Below are positions 55,182-64,000 of a stretch of DNA of 64,000 nucleotides, one piece after another. Every line of letters starts with the position of its first letter. The stretch's first letter is position 1. Below the pieces are notes generated by a model. The model was not told the origin of the DNA and did no database searches. It saw only the letters and a list, made by a program, of their open reading frames with translations. A program made the translations under genes and the position numbers. Origin of the DNA: an uncultured Acidobacteriota bacterium (GTDB taxonomy: Bacteria > Acidobacteriota > Thermoanaerobaculia > Multivoradales > UBA5704); the NCBI GenBank assembly GCA_963770895.1, contig CAVYRF010000002.1:2752001-2816000 (forward strand), given 5' to 3'.

Positions 55182-56579
55182 TCAGGGCTCGGAGGTTGCG
55201 GCCAGCGGTGGGACGGCCGCCGCGGGTGGGGTGTTCAGCTCGCCCTCCCAGCGGGCGATGACGGCGGTGGCCAGGCAGTTGCCCAGGACGTTCAGGGCGG
55301 TGCGGCCCATGTCGAGCAGGGCGTCGACGCCGAGGAGCAGGAAGATGGGCGCCGCGGGCAGGTGGAACGCCGCGGCGGTGGCGAGCAGCACCACCAGGCC
55401 GGCGCGCGGCACGCCGGCGACCCCCTTGCTGGTCAGCATCAGGGTGAACAGCATCAGCAGCTGCTCGCCCCAGGCCAGGTGCATGCCGGCAGCCTGGGCG
55501 ACAAAGATCGCGGCCAGCGACACGTAGATCGCGGAACCCGCCAGGTTGAAGCTGTAGCCGGTCGGCATGACGAAGGCCACGATGGGGAGCGGCACGCCGA
55601 TCGACTCCATGGCCTCCATGGCGCTCGGCAGAGCGGCCTCGGAGCTGGTGGTGGCAAAGCCGATCGACACCGGTTCGGCGACCGCGCGCAAGAAAGGCCG
55701 CAGCGGGATGCGCGCCAGCAGCGCCACCGGCAGCAGGCCGACCAGGATGAAGGCGACGATCGCCGCGTACAGGGTGGCGAGCAGCGCCGACAGGTTCACC
55801 AACACGCCCAGGCCGCTGTGGCTGACCGTATAGGCGATCGCGGCGCCCACCCCCACCGGCGCGAACAGCATCACGATGTTGGTCAGCTTGAACATCACGT
55901 CGCTCAGACTTTGGGTGAACTGCAACATCGGCCGCCGGCGATCCTCGGGCAGCAGCGCCAGGGCGATGCCGAACAGCACGCTGAACACCACGATTTGCAA
56001 CACCTGGCCGTCGGCCACCGCCTTGGCAATGTTTTCGGGGAAGGCGTGCAGCACCATGTCCGACGGGGACAGGCGCGGCGCGTTCAGCTCCTCGCCGGGT
56101 CCCGGCGGCGGCACGTGCACCCCCACTCCGGCGCGGCTCACATTGATCGCCACCAAGCCGATCACCAACGCCACCGTGGTGACGACCTCGAAATAGATCA
56201 GCGCCTTGACACCCATCCGCCCGACCTGGCGCAAATCCGCGTGCCCGGCGATGCCGACCACCAGCGTCGCAAACAGCAGCGGCCCGATCACCGTCTTGAT
56301 CAGCCGCAAAAAGATCTGGCCGAGCATCTGCAAATTGCCGGCGAACCCCGGCGCGTCGTGGCCCAGCTCGGCGCCCACCACCATGCTGATCACCATCCAC
56401 ACGGTGAGCGAGCGCCGCATCCCTCCATACACGCAAAGCATCCCGATCGCCGCCCACCGCACCGCCACCAGCACCGCTCCCGGCACCGCCACCACCCCGC
56501 TTACCGCCGCCACCGTCAGCGCCGCCGCCACCCCCAGCGCCGCCAGCGCCCCCACCAACACCCGCGACTTAGCGCTCAT
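55182..56579 (-). CDS. Dicarboxylate/amino acid:cation symporter (GltP/DctA family)
   Basis: FLRLIK, FATTSSEAALP, PTGYSFNL, LTSKGVAGVP, DMGRTALNVLGN. Confidence 0.95.
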   Translation of the reverse strand: MSAKSRVLVGALAALGVAAALTVAAVSGVVAVPGAVLVAVRWAAIGMLCVYGGMRRSLTVWMVISMVVGAELGHDAPGFAGNLQMLGQIFLRLIKTVIGPLLFATLVVGIAGHADLRQVGRMGVKALIYFEVVTTVALVIGLVAINVSRAGVGVHVPPPGPGEELNAPRLSPSDMVLHAFPENIAKAVADGQVLQIVVFSVLFGIALALLPEDRRRPMLQFTQSLSDVMFKLTNIVMLFAPVGVGAAIAYTVSHSGLGVLVNLSALLATLYAAIVAFILVGLLPVALLARIPLRPFLRAVAEPVSIGFATTSSEAALPSAMEAMESIGVPLPIVAFVMPTGYSFNLAGSAIYVSLAAIFVAQAAGMHLAWGEQLLMLFTLMLTSKGVAGVPRAGLVVLLATAAAFHLPAAPIFLLLGVDALLDMGRTALNVLGNCLATAVIARWEGELNTPPAAAVPPLAATSEP

Positions 56580-56780
56580 TGCCCCTCCCGTACCCACCCG
56601 CCAAGGTCGAGTCGTCGCCCATCCGCCCCGCCGCGTCGTGTGGACGCGGCGTCAGCACTGGCCGGTTGGCCGACTTGGTTTGGAACCTTGCCTGCATCGG
56701 CGCGCATGGCTCCCGGCGCCGATGGGCGGCGCCAGCCACGACGGATTCTGCTGGTGAGCCCAGCCGGCCGTCCTGCGGTG

Positions 56781-57665
56781 TCATTTGGCGGCTTGCGTGT
56801 GCTGCCAGAAGAGGATGGCGGTCACCACCAGGCCGATCACGACCACCGCGGCGCGCGCCTTTTCCTGGCCGATGCGGCGGGCCAGGCGCGCGCCCCCGTA
56901 GCCGCCGGCGATCGAACCGGCCATCATCAGCAGCGCCACCGGCCACACCACGGCGCCGCGCAGGATGAAGTAGGCCGCGGCGACGCCGTTGATGCAGAAG
57001 CCGAAGAAGTTCTTGAGGCCGTTCATCGCAAAGATGTTGCTCAAGCCGAGGAACCCCAGCACCGCCAGCATCAGGATCCCGATCGCCGCGCCAAAGTACC
57101 CTCCATACACCGAGATCAGGAACTGAAAAAAGATCGCCGCCGCCCACCGCCGCGAAGACAGCTGGACAGAAGTCCCCGCCGCGGCCTGCCGCCTGGCCAC
57201 CGGCGTCCCGGCAGCTTGCCCGTCGCCACCCGCCAGTCCGATGGGACGCGTGCCGCCTGAGCCGTCGCCGGTCAGCGGGGCGCGCTGGGTGCGGCGGCGC
57301 GCGAGAAAGCCTTGCAACATGAAGAGCAGGGTGGCGAACAGCACGAGCAGCGGTGCCAGCGCGGCAAAGGTCGATTCGGGCGTCCGCAGCAGCAGCAGGG
57401 ATCCCAGGCCGCCACCCAGCAAGCTGGGCAGCAGGAGGGTTTTCAGCCACTCCTTGTGGGTGAGCACCTCGTCGCGATACCCGGCCATGCTCGCCGCCGC
57501 GCCTGGCAGCAGGGCGACGGTCGAGGTCGCATTGGCAATGATCGACGGCTCGCCCAAAAACACCAGGATCGGGAACGTCACGATCGTGCCGCCCCCCGCC
57601 ATGGCATTCATCAGGCCGCCGCCGGCGGCCGCCCCCATCATCATCGCAATCTGGCCCGCGGTCAT
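56781..57665 (-). CDS. TauE/SafE-family membrane protein
   Basis: NAMAGGG...FPIL, ANATS, YGGYFGA, NGLKN. Confidence 0.9.
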   Translation of the reverse strand: MTAGQIAMMMGAAAGGGLMNAMAGGGTIVTFPILVFLGEPSIIANATSTVALLPGAAASMAGYRDEVLTHKEWLKTLLLPSLLGGGLGSLLLLRTPESTFAALAPLLVLFATLLFMLQGFLARRRTQRAPLTGDGSGGTRPIGLAGGDGQAAGTPVARRQAAAGTSVQLSSRRWAAAIFFQFLISVYGGYFGAAIGILMLAVLGFLGLSNIFAMNGLKNFFGFCINGVAAAYFILRGAVVWPVALLMMAGSIAGGYGGARLARRIGQEKARAAVVVIGLVVTAILFWQHTQAAK

Positions 57666-57703
57666 CGGCGCATGCTACAGCAACCCTGGACGGGGTGGAC
57701 GGT

Positions 57704-60700
57704 TCAGTGGAAGTCGTGGCTGGGGGTGGCGAGCATCTCCTCCAGGGCCCAGAACCTTTCGCCGCGGACGGAAATGCTGCCGTCGCGTTTTTGCAACACG
57801 CCTTCGACGACCAGGCCCGGCGAGCCGACGATCAGGCGGCGGTGCTGCTGCAGGAGGTTGGGGGATATGACTGCCTGGGACATCCCGGTCTCATCTTCGA
57901 GGGTGAGAAAGAGAAGTCCCTTGGCGGTACTGGGGCGCTGGCGGACGATGACGGCTCCCGCGGTGCGCACCAGGTCGCCGTTGCGGTAGCGGATCAGGTC
58001 GGCGGCGGTGACGATGCCCTTTCTGCGCAGCTGCTCCCGGCGATAGGAGAGGGGATGGGGGCCAAGGGTCAGCTGCGTGCCGCCGTAGTCGGCCTGCGTC
58101 TGCTCGGGCATGGTCATTTCGGGCAGGGGAGACGGTTCGGGCTCGGACAGCCCGGCAAGCAGCGGGCCGGCCGGTCGGCCCAGCCGCGCCACCTGCCACA
58201 GCGCCGCCCGGCGGCTGAGCCCAAACCCGGAGAGGGCGCCGACACTGGCCAGGGTTTCGATCTCGCCAGCCTGCAGGCCGCAGCGCTCGACAAAATCGGC
58301 AAGATCGGCAAACGGCCGTCGTTGCTGCTCGCTTTCGATCGTCAAGCCGGATTGCGAGCGCAGCCCGCGCACAAACCGCAGCCCCAATCGGATCGCCCCC
58401 GCCGCCGGCTCAACCCCGGCGGTACCGGCACCAGGGGAGGGGGATTCCCCATGCGATCGCCATCCCCCTGCCGGTTGGACGGCAGTTTGACCGGGCGAGA
58501 GGTCGAGCGATTTCTGGTGCGATCGCCAGCCTGCCGCCGGCTTGGCCCCAGCGGGACGGGGCGCGGGGGAGGGGGATTGCCAGCGGGAGCGCCAGGTGGA
58601 GGTTTGGACGTCGATGGGGAGGATCTGGACGCCGTGGCGCTGGGCGTCGCGCACCAGGGTTGCGGGGTGGTAGAAGCCCATCGGCCAGGCGTTGAGGATG
58701 CCTAGATAGAAGGCGGTGGGGTGGTAGGCCTTGAGATAGGCGCTGGCGTAGGCGATCAGGGCGAAGCTGGCGGCGTGGGATTCGGGAAAGCCGTAGAGGG
58801 CGAAGGAGGTGATCCCCTGGACGATCCCGTCCTGTGCCTGGCCGGTGATGCCCCGCGCGGTCATGCCGGAGCGCAGCCGCGCTTCGATCGCCTGCATGCG
58901 TTCGACGGAGCGCTTGAACCCCATCGCCCGCCGCAGCTCTTCGGCTTCGCCCCCGGTGAAGCCGGCTGCCACCATGGCGATGCGCAGCAGCTGCTCCTGA
59001 AAGATCGGCACCCCCATGGTCCGCTCCAGGATCGGCTGCAAGCTGGGATGGGGGTAGGTCACCGCCTGGCGGCCGGCGCGGCGCTCGAAGTAGGGATTGG
59101 TCATGTTGCCGGCGATCGGCCCGGGGCGGATGATCGCCACCTGGATCACCAGGTCGTAGAAGTGGTGGGGGTTGTTGCGGGGGAGGCTGGCCATCTGCGC
59201 CCGGCTCTCCACCTGGAAGACCCCGACGGTATCGGCTTCGCGCAGCATCTTGTAGACCTTGGGATCGTCCGCGGGCAGGTGGGCGAGGTCCACCTGCACC
59301 CCTTCGTAGGTGCGGATCGTGGGGACCATCTCTTCGATGGCACTGAGCATCCCGAGCCCCAGAAGGTCCACCTTGATGATGCCGAGGTTGGCGCAGTCGT
59401 CCTTGTCCCACTGCACCACGACGCGTCCGGGCATGGCCGCCGGTTCCAGGGGGACGATCTCATCGAGGCGTCCGGCGGCGATCACCATGCCGCCAGAGTG
59501 CTGGCCGAGGTGGCGGGGCAGGTCGTGGATGCGGTGCCACATGTCGGCAAAGCGCAGCATGCGCGGCTCTTCAGGGTCGAAGCCGGCGGTGGCGACGTCG
59601 GCGGCGAAGGACCTGCTGTCGCCGCGGTCGAGGTCGTAGCTCCAGCTGCCGAGCTGGCGGGCGAGCGCATCGATCTGCTCGGCGGAGTAGCCGAACGCCT
59701 TGGCGACTTCCCGCGTGGCCGAACGGTCGCGATAGGTGATGACGTTGGCCGTCATCGCCGCGCTGTCGGTTCCACCGCTGCCGTAGCGGCGGTACACGTA
59801 CTGGATGACCCGTTCCCGCTGGTCGCCCGAAGGCAGGTCGAGGTCGATGTCCGGCCATTCGCCGCGCTCTTCGGAGAGGAAGCGTTCGAACAGCAGATCC
59901 ATCTTCACCGGGTCCACGGCGGTGATGGACAGCGCATAGCAGACCGCGCTGTTGGCCGCGGAGCCGCGCCCTTGCGCCAGGATGCGGTTTTCGAGACAGA
60001 AGCGAACGATGTCCCAGACGATCAGGAAGTATCCCGCGAGATCGAGCTTTTCGATCAGGCTCAGCTCTTTCTGGATCTGCGCCTGGGCCTTGCCGGTCAA
60101 GGGACGGAAGCGGGCGCGGGCGCCGTTCCAGGTGAGGTGACGCAAGTACGAGGCCGCGGTTTCGCCAGGCGGCAGCGGATAGGCGGGGAAGCGGTATCCC
60201 AGGTCGGCGAGGGTGAAGTCCAGCCGCGCCGCCAGCTCGCCGCTGGCGGCGATCGCCTGCGGCAGGTCGGAGAACAGCCGCGCCATCTCTGCCGCCCCCT
60301 TCAGGTGGCTTTCTCGATGGCACTCCAACAGCCGGCCGGCGCGGTCCAGGCTGGTGTGGGCCCGGATGGACGCCAGCACGTCCTGGAGCGCCTTGTCCGC
60401 CGCCCGCGCATAGCGCACTCCATTGGTCGCCATGACCGGCAGCCGCAGCTGCCGCGCCAGGTCCAGAAGCGCCCGGTTGCGGTGCTCTTCGTCGCGCAGC
60501 CGGTGGCGCTGCAGCTCCACGTGCAGCCGCTCGGGGAAGATCGCCGCCATCCGTTCCAGCAGCTTGCGGGCGCCATCCACACCCTTTGTCGCCGATATCG
60601 CCGATGGCGCCCATGGCGCCGCGGCGGTTTGCATCGCCTGCGTGGTGCACAGACTCTGCGCCAGCGGGCCTTCGGCGCCGCCGGTCAAGCAGTGCAGCCC

Positions 60701-61309
60701 CGCCGAGTGCTCCGCGATCAGCTGCCAGGTGGCGCGCGCGCTGCCCTTGGGTCTGCCCGCCGCCGCGGCGGTCAGCAGCTTGCACAGGTTGCGATATCCG
60801 GTCTTGCTCTCAACCAGCAGGGTCACCCGCGGCACCAGCTGGTCCGCCGCAGGGTCCGCGGCGGCGTCGTTGTCTGGCGCCCGCTTCGCTCCCGCCGAGG
60901 AGGGCGGTGGAGGCGCCAGCCCCAGCGGGCCGATCTTGCCCACCCGCCGCAGGGATTCCCGCAGGTTGGGCGTCGGCTCTTCCAGCACGACTTCAGCCCC
61001 CACCAGCGCCCGCACCCCGGTCTGCCGCGCCGCCTGGTGGAAGCGGGGCGCCCCATACACCCCGTTGACGTCCAGCAGCGCCACCGCCGGCAGTTCCAGC
61101 TCCGCCGCCCGCGCCATCAGGTCTTCGGGCAGCGAGGCCCCGCGCAGGAAGGAGAAGGCCGAAGCGCAATGCAGCTCAACGTAGGGGGATCCGGGAGAAC
61201 GCGCAGGGCGTGAAGCCCGCGTCGATCGCGTCGGTCGCGTCGGTCGCGGGGACCGCGGCGACGGGGATGGCGAAGCCGGGGCGGCAGGCGGATGGGGTGG
61301 AGGCTCCAT
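57704..61309 (-). CDS. dnaE2: Error-prone DNA polymerase III alpha
   Basis: YVELHCASAFSFLRGAS, GRGSAANS, PDIDLD, PRHLGQHSGG, YGFPESHA, RQRPSTAKG, C-terminal SHDFH. Confidence 0.96.
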   Translation of the reverse strand: MEPPPHPPAAPASPSPSPRSPRPTRPTRSTRASRPARSPGSPYVELHCASAFSFLRGASLPEDLMARAAELELPAVALLDVNGVYGAPRFHQAARQTGVRALVGAEVVLEEPTPNLRESLRRVGKIGPLGLAPPPPSSAGAKRAPDNDAAADPAADQLVPRVTLLVESKTGYRNLCKLLTAAAAGRPKGSARATWQLIAEHSAGLHCLTGGAEGPLAQSLCTTQAMQTAAAPWAPSAISATKGVDGARKLLERMAAIFPERLHVELQRHRLRDEEHRNRALLDLARQLRLPVMATNGVRYARAADKALQDVLASIRAHTSLDRAGRLLECHRESHLKGAAEMARLFSDLPQAIAASGELAARLDFTLADLGYRFPAYPLPPGETAASYLRHLTWNGARARFRPLTGKAQAQIQKELSLIEKLDLAGYFLIVWDIVRFCLENRILAQGRGSAANSAVCYALSITAVDPVKMDLLFERFLSEERGEWPDIDLDLPSGDQRERVIQYVYRRYGSGGTDSAAMTANVITYRDRSATREVAKAFGYSAEQIDALARQLGSWSYDLDRGDSRSFAADVATAGFDPEEPRMLRFADMWHRIHDLPRHLGQHSGGMVIAAGRLDEIVPLEPAAMPGRVVVQWDKDDCANLGIIKVDLLGLGMLSAIEEMVPTIRTYEGVQVDLAHLPADDPKVYKMLREADTVGVFQVESRAQMASLPRNNPHHFYDLVIQVAIIRPGPIAGNMTNPYFERRAGRQAVTYPHPSLQPILERTMGVPIFQEQLLRIAMVAAGFTGGEAEELRRAMGFKRSVERMQAIEARLRSGMTARGITGQAQDGIVQGITSFALYGFPESHAASFALIAYASAYLKAYHPTAFYLGILNAWPMGFYHPATLVRDAQRHGVQILPIDVQTSTWRSRWQSPSPAPRPAGAKPAAGWRSHQKSLDLSPGQTAVQPAGGWRSHGESPSPGAGTAGVEPAAGAIRLGLRFVRGLRSQSGLTIESEQQRRPFADLADFVERCGLQAGEIETLASVGALSGFGLSRRAALWQVARLGRPAGPLLAGLSEPEPSPLPEMTMPEQTQADYGGTQLTLGPHPLSYRREQLRRKGIVTAADLIRYRNGDLVRTAGAVIVRQRPSTAKGLLFLTLEDETGMSQAVISPNLLQQHRRLIVGSPGLVVEGVLQKRDGSISVRGERFWALEEMLATPSHDFH

Positions 61310-61346
61310 TACCGCTCAGCATAAGCGGTAATGGAGCGTAAGTCAA
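61303..61346 (-). promoter_or_regulatory. dnaE2 promoter (TTGACT-N17-TATGCT) with a perfect 14-bp inverted repeat around the -10 box
   Basis: GCTCCATTACCGCT (61303-61316), N7, AGCGGTAATGGAGC (61324-61337); -10 ends 8 nt before the ATG. Confidence 0.8.
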
Positions 61347-61558
61347 GATCCGATATGCAACGGCGTGAACGCCGGCGGGTCGCTCGCCGGGAACGACTCG
61401 ATGGACGCTTCGTCCACCTGGTCCCTGCCGCTCGGGTCGCCCCGGTCGCCGTTGCCAGGTCGCGCCGGCACGGCAGGCGCCGCCGGCGTCGCGGGTCCCT
61501 CCGCGGGAGCGCCAGGCTGTTCTTTGCCCGAATTGTCGTGGCCGCTTGAGCCTTCCAT
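61343..61558 (-). CDS. Small disordered protein with a DEAS.ESFPASDPP motif (71 aa)
   Basis: GGAGGT RBS; C-terminal VDEASIESFPASDPPAFTP. Confidence 0.75.
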   Translation of the reverse strand: MEGSSGHDNSGKEQPGAPAEGPATPAAPAVPARPGNGDRGDPSGRDQVDEASIESFPASDPPAFTPLHIGS

Positions 61559-61818
61559 GCAGCACCTCCCCATCCCCGGTGGAAAACGCCCCCGGCGTAG
61601 CCGGGAGCCCGAGCCTTTCCAGTATCCCACTCTCTCCCCAGACCTGCTGCCGCCTTGCCTGTGCCTGGGGCGTGATTTGCGGAATCGTGGCTCTGACGTT
61701 CTTTGTCAGGCGCGGATAAAACCATCTATTGATCAAGATTTGGAACAATTATTGCACCTGGACCTACTTGAGTGGGCATCCTGCCCCTCTGAATCACATA
61801 CTCAATAGGAATCCAGCA

Positions 61819-63180
61819 ATGAAAACGATGACAGTTGCAGTCAGCACGGCCCTCTTGCTCCTCACATCCCTCATGGCACATGCGACCGAGGTCGAGGTTT
61901 CCACTCCGGTCCAGGTCACCACGGTCGGGGCATTCGCCGCCTACAACCCCACAGGCATCGTGATCAACACCAGCGGCACCAACTACATGTACCTATACAC
62001 CCAAGGCGGCGGCTTGCCGGGACAGGACACCAACTGTCCGTTGCAGGGGGACAAGATCATCGCCTATCGAGCCGCCCTGGACGCCAACGGCAATCCCCTC
62101 TCGTTCAGCCGGATCGGGCGGATCACCCCGTGCGTTTACGATCCGGAGTCCGGAAACGGCATGACCACCCCGGCATCCTTCGCCCCCGGCCAGATCTTCC
62201 AGGCGACCGTCAACGGCGTCACGGCCTATCACGTGCTGGCCGACGTCTCGAATGCGGTGAACACGTTCCATAAGATCTGGCACGGTTGGACGACCGACGG
62301 AGAGAACTGGACGTGGGAGATCGGCAACGCCCACTACGTGTCCCCGATCACCAATCCTGAAAGCTTCGCCGACCCGGTCCAGCACACCGTGACGTCGACG
62401 ACCGCCGGGCCTTTCCTGCAGGTCCAGGCGAACAATGGTTCCTACCCCTTCTACATCCTGGGTCCGGTGATGCTGAGCACGCGTCCGCTCACCAGCAACG
62501 CGTCGTGGTGGGGCTATCTCAATCTGAATGACGGGATCTTTGAAGTGACGGAGATCCTGGTCGACTGGTCCACCGGGTCACCGCGAATCCAGTACCTGAC
62601 CGATGGCAGCTTCGACTTTTCCGGCTACCTGACCAACGGCGTCATCACCAGCTCGCCCTACCCCTACTACCTCATCCCCAGGGCGGGTGTGAAGTCGCTC
62701 ATCATCGACGCCGCCTCCGGCGTGACGCAGCTCTGGGGAGGCGTGAACTACACCGCCTCGGGAACCTGCAACTATCCCTACTCGGCGAGCACCGTCGACT
62801 GCAACACGGCAACGCAGGTGACCTGCAACCAGTCTGGCGGGTGTCCTACGGCGGGCGGCACCCTGGTCGCTGACAATGCAATGGCCAACGCATTCCAGGA
62901 CAACACCATCGGTCCCAGCATCCCCAGTCCTTGCGGCGAAGGCTTCAACTGGTGGGCCGTAACCCGCTTCTCGATCGGCGCGACCAACACCATGTACAGC
63001 GAAACCCGATACATGCCTTCCGGGTATCTCGGCGCCCGCGAGTATCCCTTCCGCTGGAATTCGTCGAGCGGCACCCGCTACCTGTTCTCGGCCACCGCCG
63101 ACAACAACGTCTGCACCAACCTGCTGTTCAGCTACTACTACTTGATGTACGTGGTCGAATCGACGGTGCAGATGCAGTAG
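61819..63180 (+). CDS. Secreted beta-rich, Cys-containing hypothetical protein
   Basis: Signal peptide (…LMAHA), composition rich in T/N/S/Y/G, AT-richer upstream region. Confidence 0.75.
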   Translation: MKTMTVAVSTALLLLTSLMAHATEVEVSTPVQVTTVGAFAAYNPTGIVINTSGTNYMYLYTQGGGLPGQDTNCPLQGDKIIAYRAALDANGNPLSFSRIGRITPCVYDPESGNGMTTPASFAPGQIFQATVNGVTAYHVLADVSNAVNTFHKIWHGWTTDGENWTWEIGNAHYVSPITNPESFADPVQHTVTSTTAGPFLQVQANNGSYPFYILGPVMLSTRPLTSNASWWGYLNLNDGIFEVTEILVDWSTGSPRIQYLTDGSFDFSGYLTNGVITSSPYPYYLIPRAGVKSLIIDAASGVTQLWGGVNYTASGTCNYPYSASTVDCNTATQVTCNQSGGCPTAGGTLVADNAMANAFQDNTIGPSIPSPCGEGFNWWAVTRFSIGATNTMYSETRYMPSGYLGAREYPFRWNSSSGTRYLFSATADNNVCTNLLFSYYYLMYVVESTVQMQ

Positions 63181-63304
63181 ACGGCCCAGGCCACCCATGA
63201 TGGGAGCTTTCAGGCGGCCGGCGCGCTCCGGACCTTGCGCCGGCGCCTGAGATCCCGTCCGTGGCTTGCTCCGCTGGCCGGTTGTGCCTATCCTTCTCGC
63301 CAGG

Positions 63305-64000
63305 ATGAGCACACCCGACACCTTGCTGGCAGCAGCCAGCGCCGCGGATGCGGCGGCCGCCCCGGAGCTGCGCCACGACTGGGATGACGACCAGATCGCG
63401 GCGATTCACGACCTGCCGCTGACGGAGCTGATCTTCCGCGCCCAGGTGGTGCACCGGCGGCATCACGACCCGACGCGGGTGCAGCTGTGCACCCTGCTGT
63501 CGATCAAGACCGGCGGCTGTCCCGAAGACTGCGCCTACTGCCCGCAAAGCGCGCACTACGACACCGGGGTCGAACGCCAGGGGCTGCTGCCGCTGCCCGA
63601 GGTGCTCGCCAAGGCAAGCGAGGCGCGCGCCAACGGCTCGACCCGCTTCTGCATGGGCGCCGCCTGGCGCCAGGTGCGCGACGGTGCCGAGTTCGACCGC
63701 GTGCTGGCGATGGTGCGCGGGGTGCGCGACCTGGGGATGGAGGCCTGCTGCACCCTGGGGATGCTCACCCCCCAACAGGCCGAGCGTCTGGCCGAGGCCG
63801 GCTTGACGGCCTACAACCACAACCTGGACACCGGCCCCGACTTCTACCCGTCCATCATCAGCACGCGCATCTACGACGAGCGCCTGCGCACGCTGCAGGC
63901 GGTGCGGCAGGCGGGTATCACCGTCTGCTCGGGCGGCATCCTCGGCATGGGGGAGAGCTGCCGCGACCGCATCGCGATGCTGGGGGTCCTGGCGCGCCTG
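63305..64000 (+). CDS. bioB: Biotin synthase (runs off the window)
   Basis: [23 protein letters not shown] (radical SAM), [16 protein letters not shown]. Confidence 0.96.
   Translation, partial: MSTPDTLLAAASAADAAAAPELRHDWDDDQIAAIHDLPLTELIFRAQVVHRRHHDPTRVQLCTLLSIKTGGCPEDCAYCPQSAHYDTGVERQGLLPLPEVLAKASEARANGSTRFCMGAAWRQVRDGAEFDRVLAMVRGVRDLGMEACCTLGMLTPQQAERLAEAGLTAYNHNLDTGPDFYPSIISTRIYDERLRTLQAVRQAGITVCSGGILGMGESCRDRIAMLGVLARL

Noticed and set aside
61309-61725. 138-aa ORF as a possible imuA/imuB remnant
   Set aside because: No RecA-like or Y-family motifs; overlaps the better supported 61343-61558 gene and the dnaE2 promoter
1-64000. CRISPR array, tRNA or rRNA genes
   Set aside because: No regularly spaced direct repeats or recognisable structural RNA genes seen by eye; intergenic gaps are short

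Overview
Very GC-rich bacterial chromosomal segment. The gene content and style suggest Acidobacteriota, possibly Thermoanaerobaculia-like; this is inference only. Housekeeping genes include sufE-like, uppS, htpG, a split lysine/DAP pathway (M20 hydrolase, asd, lysC, dapB, dapA, dapD), fabI, manC, trmB, an ABC exporter, a dicarboxylate symporter, TauE, dnaE2 and the 5' part of bioB. Three accessory systems stand out. (1) 4.9-14.9 kb: a phospho-signalling/cell-wall operon (FHA, unannotated 34-aa membrane peptide, PP2C with a beta-helix ectodomain, Ser/Thr kinase, fused SEDS-class B PBP, FHA) with a MITE-like element inside it. (2) 16573-20985: a 4.4-kb cargo-carrying IS1-family transposon with GGTAGT...ACTACC ends and a perfect 8-bp target duplication. 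It carries HTH/RHH regulators, a small basic protein and an NYN RNase preceded by a terminator-like structured leader. (3) 21.6-29.6 kb: a seven-gene operon joining PspA/IM30 (bacterial ESCRT-III), an AAA+ ATPase with an SKWVG pore loop, a membrane coiled-coil protein and a NitT/TauT-type ABC system whose binding protein is fused to an OmpA peptidoglycan-binding domain. Also present: a RelE/RHH toxin-antitoxin pair with a perfect operator, a perfect 14-bp inverted repeat around the dnaE2 -10 box, and several apparently leaderless promoters. All functional calls come from motif recognition by eye; no database searches were run.
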